A DNA stretch of 64,000 bases from Mobula hypostoma (GCF_963921235.1 NC_086097.1:126110001-126174000); one strand, 5' to 3'; counted from the first letter of the stretch, positions 48,800 through 62,030 are shown. A program made the numbers and translations. Notes: generated by a model not told the origin, from the letters alone.

Positions 48800-49773
48800 G
48801 AACATTCCAACTGTCCCGTTTGGTTGAACCCTAAATCATACCAGCACTGCACGTACTGTATATTGTTCATGAAAGGTGCCCTTCTCGCCACTGAGTCACA
48901 TGGCTGTTAACAGACTTAACTAACAAGAGTGTTGCATAAAAAAAACAAAAAAATCTGAATCTGAAGTTGAAGAAGCAAAGAGGCGCCACCTTGTGGGCCT
49001 GTATGAGCTGATTTTTACTTCCGATCAATGTATCTGGCATCAAAAACAACAGGAGCAGAAACACATCATCAGTCCTTGATTTTGTTCTATCATTCAAGGT
49101 GACCATGACTGATCTTAGATTATAAAATTAGCTTTATTTGTCACATGTACATCAAAATATACAGTGAAATGTGTTGTTCACATCAAATCAAATCAGCAAG
49201 GAGCAACCAGCAAGTATTGCTATGTTTTTGGCGCCAGTATAGCATGCCCACAACTTACTAACCAAAACCGTACACCTTTGTTATGTGGGAGGAAACACAC
49301 ATGGTCACATCAAGAACATATGAACTCTCCTTACAGGCAATGGCAGGAATCAGACCTCGATCTTACACCTGGCACTGTAAAGCTATGTGCTAACTGCTAC
49401 ACTACCATGCCATCCCAGCTCAAATGGATGTCCTTATTCTATCACCACACTCCATTATTTTATAATCATCTAAACATCTCTTTGGAGTAAGCTGATGTTA
49501 GTCTGCTGGTGCAGTACCTTTAAGAGAGGTTCACAACTATTTTTTAAAAATCGTATCTTGATAATCCTAAATGGCTGACATGTTATTCCAAGACAGTGTC
49601 CCTTAATGTTGGATGGCTTAGGTAGGAGAAAGGATCCATCAATGAGACTACAGATGCTGGAATTGGAATCAGAATCAGTATTTCTTATCATTGATATATG
49701 TTGTGAAATGTGTTGGTTTGCGGCAATAGTACAGTGCCATACATAAAAATACTATTGACTACAATAAGAAATA

Positions 49774-51398
49774 GAGTGCCTATAAAAAGTATTCACCCTC
49801 CTTGGAAGTTCCCGTGTTTTATTGTTTTACAACATTGAATCACAGTCTATTTAATTTGGCTTTTTTTTTTGACACTGATCAACAGAATAAGATTTTTGTG
49901 TCAAAGTGAAATGGGTCTCTACAAATTGATCTAAATTAATTACAAGTATGAAACACAAAATAATTGATTGCATAAGTATTCACTCCCTTTTAATATGACA
50001 CACTAAATCATCACTGGTGCAGCCAATTGGTTTTAAAAGTCACATAATTAGCTAAATGGAAATCACCTGTGTGCAGTCAAGGTGTTTCAATTGATTGTAG
50101 TAAAAATACTCCTGTAGGTACAAAGTCCAACTGCTGATGAGTCAGTATCCTAGCAAAAACTACACCATGAAGACAAAAGAGCAACTCTTCAAAAGGGTTA
50201 TTGAAAAGCACAAGTCAAAAAATGGATACAAGGAAATTTCCAAGTTACTGAATATCCTTTGGGATACAGTTAAGTCAATCATCAAGAAGTAGAAAAGAGA
50301 TGGCATAGCTGTAAATCGCCCAGAGCAGGCTGTCCTCAAAAACTGAGTGATTGTGCAAGAAGTGGACTAATGAGGGGGGCCACTAAGAGACCAATGACAA
50401 CTCTGGAGGAGTTACAAGCTTCAGTGGCTGAGATGGGAGAGACTTGCATATACAACAATTGTTGCCTGGATGCTTTGCCAGTTGCTGCTTTATGGGACAG
50501 TGGCAAAGAGAAAGGCACCATTGAAGAAAAGCTCACATGTAATCTCAGATAGTTTGCCAGAAGGTGTGTTGGAGACTCTGAAGCCAGCTGGAAGGTTAGA
50601 TGTAGAAGGTTCTATAGTCTGATGAAACCAAAATTTAGCTTTTTTGCCTTCAGACTAAATGCTATGTTTGGCATAAGCTGAACACCACACATCATCAAAA
50701 ACACACCATCCCTACAGTGAAGCATGGTAGTAGCTGCATCATGCTGTGGGGATGCTTCAGTGCAGCTGGCCCTGGAAGGCTTGTGAAGGTAGAGGGTAAA
50801 ATGAATGCAGCAAAATGCAAGGAAATCCTGGAGCAAAACCTGATGCCACCTGTAAGAGAACTGGGACTTTGGAGATTTGTTTTCTAGCAAGACTATGAAC
50901 CTAAGCATAAAGACAAAGCTCCACAGGAATAGCTTAAAAATAACAAAGTTAATGTCCTGGAGTGGCAAAGTCAGAGTCCAGACCTCAATCCAATTGAGAA
51001 TTTGTGGCTGGACTTAAGAAAAGATGTTCACTCACGATCCTCATGCAATCTGACAGAGCTTGAACAGTCTTGTTAAGAAGAATGGGGAAAATTGCAGTGT
51101 CCAGATGTGCAAAGCTGATGGAGACCTATCCACACAGACTCAAGGCTGTAATGGCTGCCAAAGGTGCATCTACTAAATGCTGACTTGAAGGGGGTGAGTA
51201 ATTATTCAGTCAATTATTTTGTTTAATAATTGTAATAACTTCAGATCACTTTATAGCAATTTGTTTTCACATTGACACAAAAGTATTTTCTGTTGATCAA
51301 TGTCAAAAAAGCCAAATGAAATCCACTGTGATTTACTGTTGTAAAACAATAAAACATGAAAACTTCTGGGGGGGGGGAAATACTTTTTATAGGCACTG
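49774..51398 (+). mobile_element. Full-length (1.6 kb) decayed Tc1 transposon
   Basis: TA|GAGTGCCTATAAAAAGTATT ... AATACTTTTTATAGGCACTG|TA; transposase remnant 50167-51183 with SDETK, QDYEPKH, SPDLNPIENLW, AAKGASTK; inserted in a Rex1 3' UTR. Confidence 0.93.
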
Positions 51399-51400
51399 TA

Positions 51401-54270
51401 TGTAATTAAAAAAAAACTAAGTAGTGCTAAAAGAGCAAAAGTGGATAGTGTTTATGGACAATTTACAAATATGATGGCTAAGGGAAGAACCTGTTCCTAA
51501 AACATTGAGTATGTGTTGTCAGGCTCTTGTACCTCCTCCCTGCTGGTAGTAATCAGAAGAGAGAAGTCCTGGGTGGTGGTTCTTAATAAGTGATGCTACC
51601 TTCAAAAGGCAATGCCTCAAGAAGATCTCCTTGATGCTGGAGAAGCAAATGCCCATAATGGAACTGGTTGAACTTGCAACCTTCTGCAGAGGCTGCTCCA
51701 TGTCAGATGGTGATGTAATCAGTTAGAATGCTCTCTGTGGTATGTCTCTAGAAATTTGTGTGAGTCTTTGGAGACTTACCAAATCTACTCAAATTCCTAA
51801 CGAAATATAGCTGCTGGTGTGCCACCTTAATTGCATCAATATGTTGGGCCCAAGGTAGGTCCTCAGACATTGACACCCTGGAACTTGAAATTGCTCACCC
51901 TTTCCACTGCCGACCCCTCAATAAGGACTGTGTGTGATTCCCTCAAAATGGAAAGCCATCAAATGTCATGTGTTGGTGGTTGCATACTTTCTTGTTCGAG
52001 ATAGTTGTTGCTTTTATGGTATAAATGTTGCTAGCCACTTGTCAGCCCTACTAGAATGTTGTTTTGGTCATCTGATTTGCTCACATGGAGTGCTTCATTT
52101 GCTGAGAAGAATTGGAAATGGATTAAACATAGTATAATCATCAGGAAACCTCCCTCTTTCTGAGCTTATGGTGAATGGAACGTCTGAAGCAGTGAAGGTG
52201 CTTGGGCCTAGTAATACCATGACCGTTAACAGCCACAATGATTACCCTTTGTGTGAATAATAGAGATAGGTACAACTAGTCAGAATGCTTTTCATTGTAC
52301 ATTTATAGAAATTTGTAAGGGTCATTGGTGACATGTCACATCTCCTCAAACCCCAGCAAGAACAGCTGCTGGCAAGCCTTTTGTATCATTGCAAGATGTT
52401 CTGGGCCCAGGATAGATCCTCAGATTTTGGCATCCAGGAACAATGAAGTTGCTTAACTTCTACACTGATGATCCCTTGATAAGAACTGATGTGTGTTCTC
52501 TTGACTTGCCTTTCCTAAAGTCCATAATTCCTTCATCTTACTGACATGGAGTGTAAAGCTGTTGTTGCAACAGCACTCAACCAGCTGTACGTTTGTGCAT
52601 CTCCTCATCCACCTGAGACTCGACAACAGTTGTGTCATTGTCAAATTTATAGGTATCATTTGAGTTGTGCTGTAAACCATAAACAGTAGCCTGATATGTC
52701 TTGCTCCAAAGCAGAGTGGAGAGTCTCAGTGAGACTGTGTCTGATGTAGATCTATTGCAGTGGTAGGCGCATTGCAGTGGGTCCAGGTCCTTCCTCAGAC
52801 AGAAATTAATTTTGGCCACAGCCAACGTCTTCAAACACTTCATTGCAATAGATGTGAGTGCAACTGGGGCAGCTCAATTTGCTAGTCTTGGGCACCAGTA
52901 TGATTGTTGTCCTTTTGAAGCTGGACAGAACCTCTGAACGTAGCACCGAGAGGTTGAACATGCCCTTGAATATGCCAGACAGTTGGTCGGCTCAATATTC
53001 AGTAGCTGGTCTGGTACACTATCGAGGCCTGATGCCTAGTCATAGTTTCTTTAAGTGTCAGCACAGATGAAGAAAATGCTTGAAGAAGCATATATGATCC
53101 TGGGGCACATCCAAGTGAAAGAGCATGGTAAGCCATGATGAACATTTATGAAACATTGGTTTTATCACAACTGGAGCACCGTGTCCAGTACTGGGTACCA
53201 TAATTTAGGAAAGATGGCGAAGAATGCAGAAGAGATGTATTGCAAATTTATTTCATATGAATACACACATTCCTTGTTCCTTAAAGAAATGGAATCAAAA
53301 TTAGAGGGGCTTTAAGGTGAGAGTGGGAAAAAATTATAAGGGGACCCAAGGGGCAACTTCTTCATACAGAAGGTTCAGAATATATGAAATGAGCTGCCAA
53401 GGAAAGTGGCTGAGGAAAGTAGAATAGTCAATTTTATAGGTCATTTGGGTAGGTACATGGATAGCAAAGAAGGATATGGGCCAAATGGGTCTAGCTCCGA
53501 TGGGCATATTGGTCAGCATGAATGAGTTGGGTTGGAGGGCCTGTTTCCATGCTGTATATTAACACTTCCCTTTTGATATTGAAGGCCATTCAGCCCATTG
53601 CCAAGTCTCCAAACACTCCCATCAATTCTATCCCCAAATATTTCCACGTAACCTGTTTTTTCACATACGTCCATCAATGCGTTGATTCATCTTTCATCCC
53701 TCTGCACCAAGGAGAACTTGCAATAACCAATTAACCCATGGGATATGGGAGGAAACTGTAGGGCACTAAAAGAAACCCATATGGTCACAGTGAGACAATG
53801 CAAACTTCACACACAGACTGCTCAGAACCTGAATCGGGTTTATTATCAGACATATGTCATAAAATTTGTTGTTTTGTGGCAGAAGAACCATACATTTAAA
53901 AAAAAACTAAGGTACAATAAGAAATATTTTTTTTAAAATGTAGTGCAAAAAAAGAGACCAAAAAGTGAGGTGGTGTTAATGGGTTCACTTTCCATTCAGA
54001 AATGTGATGACTTGGGGGAAGAAACTTTTCCTAAGACATTGAGTGTCTGTTTTCAGGCTCCTGTACCTCCGTGCCAATGGTAGCAATGAGGAGAGGGCTT
54101 GTCCTAGCTGGTGAGGGTCCTGAATGCTGTCTTTCTGAGGCATCTCCTGTTGTTCTCAGTGATGGAGCTGGCTGAGTCTGGAACCTTTCGCAGCTTTTTC
54201 TGATCCAGTGCATTTCTACCTTCATACCAGATGTTGATGCAACCAGTCAGAATGCTCTCCACAGGGTACA
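51401..54270 (-). mobile_element. Cluster of decayed Rex1/Babar fragments (about 51401-51930, 52260-53050, 53830-54270) with a CR1 3' piece (+, about 53110-53560) and a V-SINE remnant between them
   Basis: ORF 52577-52843 MKCLKTL..DLDPLQCAY; C-terminal motifs in 51519-51701; CR1 3' UTR ..GGGCCTGTTTCCATGCTGTA. Confidence 0.7.
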
Positions 54271-55109
54271 TCCATAGAAAGCTCTGGACAGATACGTCTA
54301 ACAGCAGCCCATATGGTTTGCGTTTAATGAATTTGTACTAGGGATGAGGAACTTTAGTTTTGAATATATACCAGATAACCTGGGACTGTTCTTCTTGGAA
54401 CAGCAGAGTCGTATAACTGTATTTCTTATCACAAAGGCTACAGTGAGAAGAGCAATTCTTCCTATGGTAGAAAGGCTTAGATTGAGGGCTGATGGAATGA
54501 AGTTCAGATCAAGATTTAGATTTAGTTATCACGTGTACATTGAAACATACAATAAAATGTCATTTATGTTAACGATAGTATACTCAAGGGTGTGCTGAGG
54601 CAGCCTATGTTACCACACGTTCTGGCACCAACTTACCATGTCCACCATGTAAAACTTGGAACACAACAAAGCAGAATATACCAAGTGACAAAGCAATATC
54701 AGCAAAACAAACCCTGTTTCTCCCTCCCATCCACTCACCATCCATATGCATACACAGTCCTCTAACCCCAGGACAGGATGTCTTCCTTGGCCTTCAGAGG
54801 ACTTGTGGATATGCAGCCACGAGGATCCAACTTCCCCAACATGCTCGCAGAGATACACAGCCCCATGTTCAGGCCATCAGGCCTCAATTTCTGGGCTTCT
54901 GATAGACCCCTGAGCTTTGATCTAGACCTCTGATTGACTTTTGGGCTTTGATTTGGACTTCCAATCAACCTTCAGGCTTTGATTAAGACTTCCAATTGAC
55001 CTTTGGGCTTCATCTGGACTTCGGACCTTCAAAAGAACCAAATATGTCATAGTTTTATTACATTGTGAATATTTACTGATTAGTATGCATTAATAACAAT
55101 GTTTACCAT

Positions 55110-56030
55110 AATATACAGGAGCAAAATTAAGCCATTCAACTGATTGAGTGTGCTGGGCCTTTCAATCCTGGCTGATATTTTTTTCAACCCCCATTCTCCC
55201 ACATTCTTTCTGTAAACCTTAACTCCCTTCCCAGTCAAGTACATATCAGCAGGCTCAATCATAGCTACTACTCCATGTACTGTATGTTCCTTATTACAAT
55301 AAGAATGCACTTGACTTCACAACTTACCTTGTTATGACCTTGCAATGAATTGATCTGTATGGATAGTATACAAGCCAGGTTTTCCACTGTACTTTGATAT
55401 ATGTGACAATAATGTACCTACTTGCATCCCTTTATTCTGAGGCTGAGCACTCTGATCCTAAAGTCTTCTATGAATGGAAATGTTCTCTCTATGTCCATTC
55501 TATCCAGGCCTTTCGGAATCCAGTAGGTTTTAATGAGATTCCCCCCATCCTTATGGATCTTATCAAGTACAGGCCCAGAAACATCAAACACTTCCGATAT
55601 GTCAAGCCCTTTATTCCTGGAATCAATCTCATGAACCTCCTCTGGACTGTCTCAAGGACCAGCACATCTTTCCTCAGATGTAGGGGCCAAAATTGCTCAT
55701 AATATTCCAAATGAGGTGTGACCAATGCCTCATAAAGTCCCAACAGTACATACTTGCTTTTATGTTCAGCACTGCACTTTCTTTGTAGCTTTTACCAGTT
55801 TATTCTGTATTGTTATTGATTTACCTTGTTCTGGCTCAATGTACTGTGTAATGGTTTCATCTGTATGTCCTCTCACAATGAATGCTAACATTGCATTTGC
55901 CTTCTATACTACTGACTCAACCAGAAAGTTAACCCTAAGTGAGTTCTGAACGAGGATTCGCAATTCCTTTGCACCTCCAATTTCAGAATTGTCTCCCCAT
56001 TTAAAAAAGTCTACACTTTTATTCTTCCTA
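55110..56030 (-). mobile_element. CR1 3' fragments interrupted by LINE-tail pieces
   Basis: ORF 55489-55743 LYEALVTPHLEYYEQFW..KDVLVLETVQRRF. Confidence 0.8.
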
Positions 56031-56444
56031 CATAGTGTTCATAACCCTGCACTTCTCAACTCATGTTATAATGGAGGCCCATTGAATTGTAGTGTTCAAA
56101 AGTGTGGTTAAGTATCTAAAAGGAAATAATGGGTGTGGGGAAGGGCGATTTGGTGTAGCTTTTACAGAGAGCGTGTATGGACTTGATGGGCTGAATAGTC
56201 TCCTGTATTTTTTCCTATTCTGTGTCAGCTGTGACTTGAACTTTTGGATTTGAATTACAAGGATGTCTGTTGAAATCCAGTTTCAGGGATTTGATCACAA
56301 AAATCGAGCATGGTATTCCTGCGCGGAATGGAGCAAAGCTCATTCTTCAGAATGGATATGTTAAATCAAGGTACTTTTTTGAGTCTTGAATTTCCCAAGG
56401 GAAATCCCATGGAACAATATTGCAGATGATCCATTACTTCCCAG

Positions 56445-56560
56445 CCAAAACGTCAACTGTTTATTCCCCTCCATAGATGCTGCCTGACCTACTGAGTTCC
56501 TCCAACATTTTGTACGTGTTGCTCTGGATTTCCAGCATCTGCAGAATCTCTTATGTTTAT
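56445..56560 (+). mobile_element. Penelope terminal-repeat fragment
   Basis: AAAACGTCAACTGTTTATTCCCCTCCATAGATGCTGCCTGACCTACTGAGTTCCTCC: the 3' half of the hammerhead onward. Confidence 0.8.
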
Positions 56561-56919
56561 ACTTTGGTATCCTTTTCTGACTTGTACTTATCCCCAACCT
56601 GAACATGCTGCAACTTGTGGCTGCCACTGGCGACCCAGAACTTCACTTGCCTTGGGACACCTGAAGGGTTGTGAATCTGTGGAATTTGTTGTCACTGCCA
56701 AGCCATTGGGTATATTTGATAGGTTTTTTGATTAGTAAGGGTGTCAAAACTTGCGGAAGGAGACGGAAATGGGTTTGAGAGGGATAATAAATCAGCCATG
56801 ATGGAATGGTGGAGCTGACTCGATGGACCAAATGGGCTAATTCTGTACCTATGTCTTGTGGTCTAAAGAGGCTGCAGAAATGGAACACGAGAGATACTGG
56901 AAAACTTGAAAGGCTTGGA

Positions 56920-59502
56920 CTTAGTTGTTTTTGTTAGAGTTACCTTCCACATTTTATGAAGCTTCTATTTCTTTAATACTTAAGAAAGATAAAGACCCTA
57001 CTGACTGTGCTTCATATAGACCTATTTTATTATTAAATGTGGATGCTAAAATTCTTTCAAAAATAATGGCTAATTGACTGGAGAATATTCTAGCTAAAAT
57101 TATCTCTCAGGACCAAACAAGTTTTATAAAGGCCCGTTATTCCTTCTCTAATACTCGGAGACTGTTAAATGTTATATACTCGTCCTTTTCTAAGACTCCC
57201 CAATGTGTTGTTTCTCTTGATGCTGAAAAGGCATTTTATAGAGTTGAATGAAAATACTCATTTAACGTTTTAGAGAAATTCAACTTTGGTACTAATTTTA
57301 ATAAGTGGATTAGAATGATATATACAAAAAAAGCCCTATTGCTACTGTTATTACTAATAATTGCAGATCTTTTTCTCGACTTTCGTGGGGTATGAGACAA
57401 GGATGTCCGTTAAATCCCCTGTTATTTAATTTGGTGTTGGATCCCTTGGCCATTGCACTTCGTGAAGCTAAAGATATCCATGGAATTTCCATAAATGGGA
57501 CTATTCATAAGATCTTCCTTTATGCTGATGATCTCTTAATTTCTGTTTCGAATACTAAAGAATCCATTCCTAGTTTATTGAAATTATTAAAAGAATTCGG
57601 AAAGTTTTCGGGATATAAACTAGACCTTCATAAAAGTGAATTATTTCCTCTAAATGATTCTGCTTCTATATATGATGACATTCCTTTTAAAGTTACGGAC
57701 TCTTTTAAATATTTAGGTATTATTATCACTAAAAATTACAGAGACCTTTATAGACCTAATTTGGTTCCTTCAGTGGATTTTATGAAGCAATTATTTTGTA
57801 GATGAAATCCATTTACACTTTCGTTAGCTGGCCGAATTCATGCAGTTAAAATGATTTTACCAAAATTTTTATATCTATTTCAAAATATTCCTTTTTTATA
57901 AACTAAGAAATTTTTTGATCAGGTTGATTCTATTATTTCATCTTTTCTTTGGAATAATAAAAGACCAGGAATTGGAAAATATCATTTACAAAAATTAAAG
58001 GATGGAAGTCTTGCTCTGCCTAATTTAAGGAATGTACTATTGGGCTGTTAATATACATTATATGTATTCTTGGTTATATTGGGCTGATAAAAATGAACGA
58101 ACACCTTGGGCTGATTTGGAATTGAAAGCTGAGAAATAATTTTACTTAACTTTGTTATTAGGAGGTTCTTTACCCATACAACTAGCCAAAATTTCTAATT
58201 TAAATTTATATCCTATGATTAAGCAGTCATTATCAATTTGGTAACAGTTTTGTAATTTTTTTAAATCACAAAAAATTTAATCTTCTCAGTTTAATTAATC
58301 GAAATTATTTATTTAAACCTTCACTAAGTGATCCTACCTTTTTTCTTTGGAGGAATGAAGGAGTCTATTCCTTCATGGATCTGTTCCAAGAAGGCCGATT
58401 GATCTCTTTTGAGAAATTAGTAACTACTCTCTCTCGTACTCAATTCTTGCAATATCTTCAGGTCAGACATTTCTTACAATAATATTTAAGTAATTTTCCA
58501 TATATACAGGATTCTGACCTGTTAGATATTATTTTAAAAATGAATCCTTTAGTTAAAGGTTTTATTGGGAAAATTTATAATTTACTATTACAACAGTACA
58601 ATTATCCTTAAGATTAAGCAAGATTGGGAAAGAGAGTTTAATATGACCTTGATAACAGAGGATCGGTTACGAATTTTGAAGTTGGTTAACTCTTCTTCGA
58701 TTTGTGCCAGTCACTCTTTAATTCAATTTAAAATTGTACATCGTTACTATTTGACGAGGGAGAGACTGTCTAAAATGATTCCTAATGTTGATAGTCAGTG
58801 TGATAGATGTAAAACCAAGACAGCTACATTGACACATATGTTTTAGTCGTGTTCTGTATTGAAGCAGTTTTGGAAATCTATCTTCTTTACAATTTCTAAA
58901 GCTTTAAAAATTTATTTACAACCTAATAAATTGACAATTTTGTTCAGTATAATCCCTCAATGTAATTCATGGTATTTCTGTATCAGACCAGCATTTGTTA
59001 CATTATTGGCCAGAAGGGCTATTTTATTAAAATAGAAAGATGCCTCTACTCCCACGTTGATACAATGGTTCTCTCAGGTGATGCTATGTCTTAGTTTGGA
59101 GAAAATCAGAAGTCGAACATTTGATCCTCGATTTGACTTTGAGAAAAGGTGGGGTTCTTTTGCCCACTACTATCATCTGATCTGAGTTAATTAAGATGGT
59201 TTCCTTCTGATTCTTGTTTAAATGGATTTGAGTTGGCAGATTGATAATTTTCTTTTATGGAAACTTGTATGGTGTATAGCTCCGGGGTTGTGCTCCCAAT
59301 GGTTTTTTTTTGTTTAAGTTAGTAGGGGTTCTTTTTTCCAAAAAAATAGCCTTAACACTTTTTTTCTTATTATTATTGATATATTGTTTAGCTTTGTAAA
59401 TCAGTTATTTGGTAATTTAATTCCTCATTGTACATATTGATATGTTGACTTGATGTATTGTATTTTTTGTTGATCTTCAATAATAAAGATTTAAAAATGA
59501 AA
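56920..59502 (+). mobile_element. 5'-truncated L1/Tx1-clade LINE with 13-bp TSD
   Basis: [34 protein letters not shown] (57392-57805); CDRCK..LTHMF zinc motif (58565-58846); AATAAA and A-rich tail; TGAAAGGCTTGGA at 56907-56919 and 59503-59515. Confidence 0.93.
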
Positions 59503-59845
59503 TGAAAGGCTTGGATAGAGTGTAGGTGGAGAGGATGCTTCCTATAGTGGGAGAATATTTTGAAGGACCATTGGGCACATCCTCACAAAGCAAGGATGTC
59601 CCTTTAGAACAGAGATGAAGAGGAATTAAGCCGGAGGGTGGTGAGTATGGAATTAATTGCCATAGGCAGTTGTGGAGGCCAAGTCATTGGGTATATTTAA
59701 AGCCCAGGTTGATCGGCTCTTCATTAGTCAGGGCGTCAAAGGTTACTGGGAGAAGGCAGAAAAATGAGGTTGAGAGGAATAATAAATCAACCATGATGGA
59801 ATAGCGGAGCAGACTCAATGGGCCGGATAGCCTACTTGTGGTCTA
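59503..59845 (+). mobile_element. CR1 3' end (target of the L1 insertion)
   Basis: KGLDRV.VERMLPIVGE; 3' UTR GCAGACTCAATGGGCCGGATAGCCT. Confidence 0.8.
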
Positions 59846-59879
59846 AAGCTCACGCAGCCTCTCAGAATGCCACAAAACA

Positions 59880-60210
59880 TTTTGCACCGGCTCTCGCGCA
59901 TGAACTAACCTCTCCCGGGAATGCGCCGCACAGAACACGGTCACACCGGGACAGTCGCGCCGCGACGGACGAGCGCGAGCGCCGGCGCGTAGCCGCACGC
60001 GAGAGCGGAAGCGGCGGCGACGTGTGCGCAGGCGTTGCAAGCTCAGCTGACTGACTTGGAGTAGCGCTGCTCGAGGGCAGCGGGCGATGTGAAGGCGAGA
60101 GCGGGGCAGCCACGGCATCGCAGAAGACCCCCTCTTCCACCGAGCTGCTTCGGTAAAATCTCGGCCTCGGCTTCTCTCCCAGGCCGCCGAACGTTTGGGC
60201 GGCGTCGGTT
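59880..60210 (+). promoter_or_regulatory. CpG-island promoter and probable non-coding first exon of an unidentified gene
   Basis: Very dense CpG; ETS-type CGGAAG 60006-60011; NRF1-like TGCGCAGGCG 60025-60034; donor-like TCG|GTAAAA after 60152, followed by GT-rich intron-like sequence. Confidence 0.75.
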
Positions 60211-60889
60211 GTCTTGTGTGGTGGTATTTGCGTTGGTTGTCATTTAAGTGCCGGGGTGAATGATGCAGGAGTAAGGCCCGAAGGAGAGAGATGAACCCTT
60301 GCCTCCCTTTCTCTCACAGTCTTCCCCACATTTTGCTGCCAATTAGATGGCATAGTTTGGCGACTGAGGCTCTCTTCTTCATTGGCTTTGAAATCTTCAG
60401 GAGGGTGGTGCTGTGTTAATTTTTCCTCTGTAAAGGTCGGTGACAGTTTGTTCAGCTCCCTCCCCCCGAAAAACAAACACTAAGGTTTAGGGAAGTGCAA
60501 TAATCCATTAAGCAATCGCCCAATAAATCCTCTTTCCTTACTTGGGGGAGAAATGGAGCTGCTTGTCACGAGTGCTTGAGTATTTAAGATACATTTGTCT
60601 TTTTAGGTTGGTGGGACGCTCTAAGTTGTTGGTGTTTGTAAAACGTGTGCACTGTACACTAGGCTTGTCATGCGGTAATATCCCTTTTGGGTGATTTTTG
60701 TCAATTCTTGTCAGATTGGAGTTTTTCAAGAAGTGTCATTCAATATGTTTTGAGAAATCAGGTGGACTATATTCCTGTTCTACTTTTAGAAATCTTACCA
60801 AACATATGTGATTTTTAATGGTGCTAGTTATACTGACTGCAAGTGTTTTGTTTGGCATATTGTATGCATCAGGAATTTTTTTCATGAAG

Positions 60890-62030
60890 GGAATCAGAAT
60901 TTGGTTTATTGTCGCTGACAAAGTGAAATGTTTTCTTTTGCTGTTAAAATACAAGCACATTAAATGATTGTAAGTTGCATTAAAATTGTGCAAAGCAGGA
61001 AGATCAAATTGGTGTTCAGGAGTTCAAAGCTCATTCAGAAATCTGCTAACAGGGAAAGAAACTATTCCTAAAACTGAATGTTGGTCTTCAGGCTCTTGTG
61101 CCACCTCCCTGATGATATTGATGAGAAGGCATGTCCCAGATGGTGTGGGTCTTATATGATGGATGCTGCCTTTTTGAGGCACCACTTTTGGAAGGTGTCC
61201 TCTGGGGAGGCTTGTGTGCATGATGGAGCTGGCCTAGTCTACAATCCTCTAAAGCTGCTCAAGATTCTGTGTATTGCCAGACTGTGATGCAGCTAGTCTG
61301 AAGGCTGTCCATGGGACATCTATAGATATTTGCTAGACTCTTTGGTGACATGCTGTACCAAATCTCCTCAAAGTCTTCATGAAGTGTAGCACTGGTGTGC
61401 CTCTGTGATTGCATTAATATGGTGGACCCACGATAGATCCTCTGAGACGTAGATACCCAGGAGGTTGAAAATGTTTACCCTTTCCACTGCTGGCCCCTCA
61501 GAATGACTATTTGTGTGTGTTCTGCCAACATCTCCTTCCTGACATCTATAATCAATTCTTTGGTCTTCCTGACGTTAAGTATTGCAACACGTTCAACAAG
61601 TTGATCTGTTTTGCTCTTGTACTGTTCAGAAATCTGATAGTGGAGGGGAAGGAACTGTGTCTGAATTGTTGAGTGTTGGTCTTCAGGCTTCTGTACCTCT
61701 TCCCTGATGGTATAAACGGGAAGAGGGAAGGTCTGGATGGTGAGGGTCCTTCGTGCTGGATGCTGCCTTATAAAGCTGTCCTCGGTGGTGGGGATGGTTG
61801 TGTCCTTGACAGAGCTGGCTGAGTCTACATCCCACTGCAACCTCTTGTGATCCTTTGCATTGGAGCCTCTATATCAGATTTTCATGCAACCAATTAGGAT
61901 GCTCTCCATCATATATTTGTCGGAATTTGCTTGGGTCTTTGGTGACCTACCAACTGTCCTAAAACTAGTGAAGTAGAGGCACTGGTGTGCTGCCTTCATG
62001 ATTGCACCAATATGTTGGGCCCAAAACACA
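60890..62030 (-). mobile_element. Decayed Rex1/Babar 3' fragments (two nested or adjacent copies)
   Basis: LNVRKTKELIID; KAAHQCLYF; QFLPLHYQ/NSFFP-type C-terminal motifs. Confidence 0.75.

Larger units (their letters stand above)
38501..48927 (+). mobile_element. Decayed near-full-length Ty3/Gypsy LTR retrotransposon with three nested insertions
   Basis: LTR-PBS-gag-PR-RT-RH-IN-PPT-LTR order; both LTRs start TGTAATGCCCTGGGTAAGATTTCTACT. Confidence 0.95.
45399..48927 (+). repeat. 3' LTR in three pieces (45399-45890, 47767-47925, 48800-48927)
   Basis: Pieces are collinear with the 5' LTR; similarity stops at AACTAACAAG, about 45 bp short of the LTR end. Confidence 0.88.

Noticed and set aside
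54860..55030. Degenerate tandem repeat of about 30 bp (GACCTTCAGGCTTTGAT-like)
   Set aside because: Decayed minisatellite inside a probable retroposon remnant; no further structure seen.
59818..60243. Arg/Ala-rich ORFs on both strands
   Set aside because: GC-composition artefacts of the promoter.
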